Of a stretch of 64,000 bases of DNA, positions 59,901 through 64,000 are shown piece after piece. A program made the translations under genes and the position numbers. A model generated the notes under the pieces. That model did not search any database. It was not told the origin of the DNA and saw only the letters and a program-made list of their open reading frames with translations. Location: contig JAYNZW010000008.1 in the NCBI GenBank assembly GCA_038103905.1, forward strand, positions 9,005 through 73,004, given 5' to 3'. This DNA comes from Pelagibacteraceae bacterium. Lineage in GTDB: Bacteria > Pseudomonadota > Alphaproteobacteria > Pelagibacterales > AG-422-B15. Positions within the stretch are counted from its first letter, which is position 1. Each line of letters starts with the position of its first letter.

Positions 59901-60055
59901 CCTCAAAAAAATAGTATAATTCATTGTTTATAAACAGTTTTTTCAGATCAATTTTAGAATAAATATTGAATTTTTTCTAAATAAATGGTCTTTTATAACT
60001 GCGATGATTCGTAATATTTCTTATTTTCGACTTATTGCTAAATTATTATTTTTTT

Positions 60056-61321
60056 ATGACTGAAAATAGTACTGATAAAAATAAAAATACATTGTATTGC
60101 TCATTTTGTGGCAAAAGTCAGCACGAAGTAAAAAAACTCATTGCTGGACCTACAGTTTTTATTTGTGATGAGTGTGTTGAATTATGTAATGATATAATTC
60201 AAGAAGAAAACAAAGAGAGCAATTCAAAGAACTCTGGAAGAATTCCAACTCCTAAAGAAATATGCGCAAGTTTAGATGATTTTGTTATTGGTCAAAAGAA
60301 CGCAAAATATAATTTATCAGTTGCTGTTCACAATCATTATAAGAGGATTGAACACACAACATCAAAGTCAGATGTAGAACTTTCTAAATCTAATATCCTT
60401 TTAATAGGACCAACAGGATGTGGTAAAACTTTATTAGCACAAACTCTTGCAAGAATATTGGATGTACCTTTCACTATGGCTGATGCTACGACTTTAACCG
60501 AGGCCGGTTATGTCGGTGAAGATGTAGAAAATATCATTCTCAAACTTCTTCAAGCATCTGATTACAATGTAGAGAAGGCACAAAGAGGAATTGTATATAT
60601 TGATGAAATTGATAAAGTTAGCCGTAAGTCTGAAAACCCTTCTATAACTAGAGACGTTTCTGGGGAAGGTGTTCAACAAGCATTATTAAAAATAATGGAA
60701 GGAACTATCGCAAGTGTTCCACCTCAGGGAGGCCGAAAACATCCTCAGCAAGAATTTTTACAAGTTGATACTACAAACATACTATTTATTTGTGGTGGTG
60801 CTTTTTCCGGTCTTGATAAGTTAATAAATAGACGCGCAAAGGGTTCTGGAATGGGTTTCCAAGCAAATGTCAAATCAGCTGAGGTAAAAAACATAGGTAT
60901 GGCTCTTAACGACTTAGAGCCCGAAGATTTATTAAACTATGGATTAATTCCAGAGTTTGTTGGCCGACTTCCAATTGTTACAACTCTTGAGGACTTAGAT
61001 GAAGAGTCTCTTATTAAGATTCTTCAAGAGCCTAAGAATGCCCTTGTGAAGCAATACCAAACTTTATTTAATATGGAAAATGTAAAACTTATTCTCTCAA
61101 AGGACGCTTTAAAAGTTATTGCTAAAAAGGCAATTGAGAGAAAAACGGGCGCGAGAGGGCTAAGGTCTATTCTTGAAAATATTCTACTTGATACTATGTT
61201 TGAACTTCCTTCACTTGAGGGAGTTGAAGAAGTTGTTATCAATGCTGAGGCAGCCGAGGGTATGGTGAGACCTCTTTACATTTACTCTGACAATAAAAAG
61301 ACTTCAGAAACAAGCGCTTAG
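60056..61321 (+). CDS. clpX: ATP-dependent Clp protease ATP-binding subunit ClpX
   Basis: Zinc-binding N-domain CSFCGK...CDECVELC, Walker A GPTGCGKT and Walker [13 protein letters not shown] 60056 preferred (the ORF track opens at TTG 60035). Confidence 0.97.
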   Translation: MTENSTDKNKNTLYCSFCGKSQHEVKKLIAGPTVFICDECVELCNDIIQEENKESNSKNSGRIPTPKEICASLDDFVIGQKNAKYNLSVAVHNHYKRIEHTTSKSDVELSKSNILLIGPTGCGKTLLAQTLARILDVPFTMADATTLTEAGYVGEDVENIILKLLQASDYNVEKAQRGIVYIDEIDKVSRKSENPSITRDVSGEGVQQALLKIMEGTIASVPPQGGRKHPQQEFLQVDTTNILFICGGAFSGLDKLINRRAKGSGMGFQANVKSAEVKNIGMALNDLEPEDLLNYGLIPEFVGRLPIVTTLEDLDEESLIKILQEPKNALVKQYQTLFNMENVKLILSKDALKVIAKKAIERKTGARGLRSILENILLDTMFELPSLEGVEEVVINAEAAEGMVRPLYIYSDNKKTSETSA

Positions 61322-61341
61322 ATCTATATTAGGTCCAATTC

Positions 61342-61370
61342 CTTGAAATTCTTTCATTTATACACATCTA
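61342..61370 (+). promoter_or_regulatory. Candidate sigma32 (RpoH)-type heat-shock promoter for lon
   Basis: CTTGAAA (61342-61348), a 13-nt spacer, then ACACATCTA (61362-61370). Compared with the consensus CTTGAA-N13-17-CCCCATNTA. Lies 77 nt upstream of the lon ATG. Confidence 0.35.
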
Positions 61371-61446
61371 AATATATGTGTTTGAGATTATGCCTTTACT
61401 CTGATCTCAAATCATTTTTTAGTTAATAGAACATTTTTGATTCATT

Positions 61447-63855
61447 ATGAATATAAATAAGATACCCGTTCTCCCATTAAGAGATATTGTTGTTTTTCCT
61501 CATATGGTAGTTCCATTATTTGTTGGTCGCGATAAATCCGTAAAAGCTCTTGAAAGCGTGATGAAGGGCGATAAGAAAATTATGCTTATCACACAAAAGA
61601 GCGCTTCCGTAGATGATCCTAAGAAAAATGATTTATTTGATTTTGGTACTGTTGCAAATGTTCTTCAATTATTGAAGTTGCCAGATGGCACTGTAAAAGT
61701 TTTAGTAGAGGGATTAAACAGAGCTTCGATTAATGTATTTTTTGAAAATGAAGAATTTTTGCAGGCTGATGTGGATCAAATTATTGAAACAATCGACTCT
61801 TCAGACAAGCAATTAAGAGCTATGTCTAAGTCTACCACTGATGAATTTGATAAGTATGTTAATTTAAATAAAAAGATTCCACCGGAAGTTCTTGGTACAA
61901 TAAATGAAATAGACGAGCTTGGTAAATTAAGTGATACGATTGCCTCTCATCTATCGATTAAGTTATCTGATAAACAGCAAATACTGGAGTCTGTAGATTT
62001 ATACGAACGTTTTGAAAAAATTCTTTCATTTATTCAATCTGAATTGGATGTTCTGCAAGTTGAAAAGAAAATTCGTGGAAGAGTTAAGAATCAGATGGAG
62101 AAAACCCAAAGAGAATATTATTTAAATGAACAGATGAAGGCCATCCAAAAAGAACTTGGTGAAAATGAAGATGGTAAAGATGATATTTCTGAGTACGAAG
62201 AAAAAATTGAAAAAACAAAGCTTACAAAAGAAGCAAAAGAAAAATGTTATGCTGAGATCAAAAAAATAAGATCTATGAGTCCCATGTCGGCTGAGTCAAG
62301 TGTGATTAGAAATTATCTTGATTGGATTTTATCAATACCGTGGGGCAAGAAAACCAAAGTTAAGAAGGATATTAATTTTGCAAAACAAGTTCTTGATGAA
62401 GATCATTATGGATTGGAGAAAGTAAAAGAAAGAATTCTTGAGTATTTAGCTGTTCAACAAAGAATTAAAAAAATGAAAGGTCCAATACTGTGTCTTGTTG
62501 GAGCTCCTGGAGTTGGAAAAACATCTTTAGGTAAATCGATTGCACGCTCAACTGGGCGAAAGTTTGTAAGAATGTCTCTAGGTGGCGTGAGAGATGAAGC
62601 TGAGATTAGAGGCCACAGAAGAACTTACATTGGCTCTATGCCTGGTAAAGTATTACAGATGATGAAGAAGGCTGGATCATCAAACCCACTATTCTTATTA
62701 GATGAGATAGATAAATTGGGAGCAGATTATAGAGGTGATCCTTCCTCAGCGCTTCTAGAAGTATTAGATCCAGAACAAAACAATACGTTCAATGATCACT
62801 ATTTGGAAGTTGATTACGATCTTTCTGATACAATGTTCTTAACAACTGCCAATACATTAAGAATGCCGCCAGCATTACTTGATAGAATGGAAATTATCAG
62901 AATTGCTGGTTACACTGAAGATGAGAAGGTTCAAATAGCTAAACAGCATTTAATTCCTGAAATCATGAAGAAACATGGATTGAAGGATGGTGAGTTAATA
63001 ATTGAAGACAATGCAGTAACATCTCTAATTAGATATTATACAAGAGAAGCTGGTGTTCGTAGTCTTGAGAGAGAAATTGCAAATTTGGCTCGAAAAGCTA
63101 TTAAAAAAATTGTCGCTGGTGAAATTAAAAATTTAACTATCAACGAGACAAACGTAAATGAATACTCCGGTGTTAAAAAATATAAATATGGTGAGATTGA
63201 TGCTGATGACCAAGTTGGAATTGTAACTGGCTTAGCTTGGACAGAAGTTGGTGGAGACATTTTACCGATTGAAGCTGTAATTATGCCTGGTAAAGGCATT
63301 ATGACTATTACAGGTAAACTTGGAGATGTAATGAAAGAGTCAATTCAGGCTGCTAAATCTTATGTTCGTTCACGTTGTATTGACTTTGGCATTAAGCCAA
63401 CAGTTTTCCCCGTTAGAGATATCCATATTCACGTACCTGAAGGTGCAATCCCTAAGGATGGTCCTTCAGCAGGTCTTGCTATGGTAACTTCAATTGTATC
63501 TGTATTGACAGGCATTCCTGTAAGAAAAGATATTGCTATGACGGGCGAAGTAACGTTAAGAGGTAAAGCTCTTGGAATTGGTGGTTTGAAGGAAAAATTA
63601 CTAGCAGCTTTAAGAGCAGGCACAAAAACTGTTATTGTTCCAAAGGAAAATGAAAAAGATTTAGAAGACATTCCTGACAATGTAAAGGAGGGTCTAGAAT
63701 TGATCTTTGTCGATAATGTGGATGATGTTTTGAAAATAGCTTTAACAAAGCCGTTGATTCCAATTGAGTGGGATGAAAGCGAATCTGTAAATTCAAGCAG
63801 TGAAATATCTGATGATGATCAAGATCAAGATCAGGATCCGCTACTAACACATTGA
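61447..63855 (+). CDS. lon: ATP-dependent Lon protease
   Basis: 802-aa ORF. Walker A GAPGVGKTS, Walker B LFLLDEIDK and protease Ser motif KDGPSAGLAM. Acidic C-terminal tail. Confidence 0.97.
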   Translation: MNINKIPVLPLRDIVVFPHMVVPLFVGRDKSVKALESVMKGDKKIMLITQKSASVDDPKKNDLFDFGTVANVLQLLKLPDGTVKVLVEGLNRASINVFFENEEFLQADVDQIIETIDSSDKQLRAMSKSTTDEFDKYVNLNKKIPPEVLGTINEIDELGKLSDTIASHLSIKLSDKQQILESVDLYERFEKILSFIQSELDVLQVEKKIRGRVKNQMEKTQREYYLNEQMKAIQKELGENEDGKDDISEYEEKIEKTKLTKEAKEKCYAEIKKIRSMSPMSAESSVIRNYLDWILSIPWGKKTKVKKDINFAKQVLDEDHYGLEKVKERILEYLAVQQRIKKMKGPILCLVGAPGVGKTSLGKSIARSTGRKFVRMSLGGVRDEAEIRGHRRTYIGSMPGKVLQMMKKAGSSNPLFLLDEIDKLGADYRGDPSSALLEVLDPEQNNTFNDHYLEVDYDLSDTMFLTTANTLRMPPALLDRMEIIRIAGYTEDEKVQIAKQHLIPEIMKKHGLKDGELIIEDNAVTSLIRYYTREAGVRSLEREIANLARKAIKKIVAGEIKNLTINETNVNEYSGVKKYKYGEIDADDQVGIVTGLAWTEVGGDILPIEAVIMPGKGIMTITGKLGDVMKESIQAAKSYVRSRCIDFGIKPTVFPVRDIHIHVPEGAIPKDGPSAGLAMVTSIVSVLTGIPVRKDIAMTGEVTLRGKALGIGGLKEKLLAALRAGTKTVIVPKENEKDLEDIPDNVKEGLELIFVDNVDDVLKIALTKPLIPIEWDESESVNSSSEISDDDQDQDQDPLLTH

Positions 63856-64000
63856 TTTTAAATTAAACTTTACCTTTTAAACACGAAATATTTTATTTTT
63901 ATTAGTTTTCCAAGGGTTTTCGCCTTGACTATATGTAGTAGATCAGTTCCTATATATGTATTAACGAATCAAACTCCTAAAAAGGGGGGGATTATATGAA

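Noticed and set aside
59924-59943. Possible intrinsic terminator after clpP (TTGTT-TATA-AACAG followed by TTTTTT)
   Set aside because: The stem is only about 5 mostly A/T base pairs. It is too weak to call in an AT-rich genome without 3'-end data.
63817-63838. (GATCAA)2-GATCAG-GATC repeat with four GATC sites at the 3' end of lon
   Set aside because: It simply encodes the acidic DQDQDQD tail. There is no evidence for Dam-type regulation, and alphaproteobacterial CcrM targets GANTC.
63995-64000. ATGAA preceded by a G-rich Shine-Dalgarno (AAAAAGGGGGGG); synteny suggests the HU (hupB) gene that often follows lon
   Set aside because: Only two codons are inside the window, so a CDS cannot be supported.

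Overview
This window is a visibly AT-rich, very gene-dense chromosomal segment with about 58 protein genes, one tRNA and no rRNA. Hand GC counts on sample 60-nt lines ranged from about 18% to 50%. Three things point to a streamlined marine alphaproteobacterium of the SAR11/Pelagibacterales type, though the taxon is inference only. (1) Conserved alphaproteobacterial synteny blocks: argS-[69-aa membrane ORF]-nagZ-scpA-scpB, tatABC-serS-surE, yajC-secDF, and tRNA-Leu-tig-clpP-clpX-lon. (2) Extreme packing: ATGA/TAATG/GTGA start-stop overlaps and convergent genes sharing stop-codon bases. (3) No transcription-factor gene anywhere in the 64 kb. Positions 1-14.1 kb are the only accessory-looking metabolic block. 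It holds a taurine-type sulfonate module (class-III aminotransferase, Xsc-like ThDP enzyme, alanine dehydrogenase) with an embedded dimethylglycine-dehydrogenase-like flavoenzyme. It also holds a SAM methyltransferase, a stand-alone MetE catalytic-domain protein, a PotD/A/B/C-like ABC importer with a Tat-signal binding protein, and an agmatinase-family ureohydrolase. The rest is housekeeping: xthA, erpA, dgt, argS, nagZ, scpAB, a Fur-box-controlled ferric ABC transporter, tatABC, serS, surE, yajC-secDF, uvrA, ssb, gyrA, coaD, a cyclophilin, queA-tgt, parE and acyl-CoA metabolism genes. It also includes a glnB-glnII-glnA nitrogen cluster, nnrD, a frameshifted secreted carboxylesterase, a few small or accessory genes, and tig-clpP-clpX-lon. 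I found no CRISPR, transposase, integrase, phage, toxin-antitoxin or recognisable defence genes. I see no convincing evidence for a wholly new multi-gene system. The best leads are the sulfonate/guanidino-amine catabolic supercluster, a PII protein whose T-loop lacks the modifiable tyrosine, GSII wedged between glnB and glnA, a 69-aa SPOR-less ORF in the FtsN position, and a Tgt with a degenerate zinc motif.
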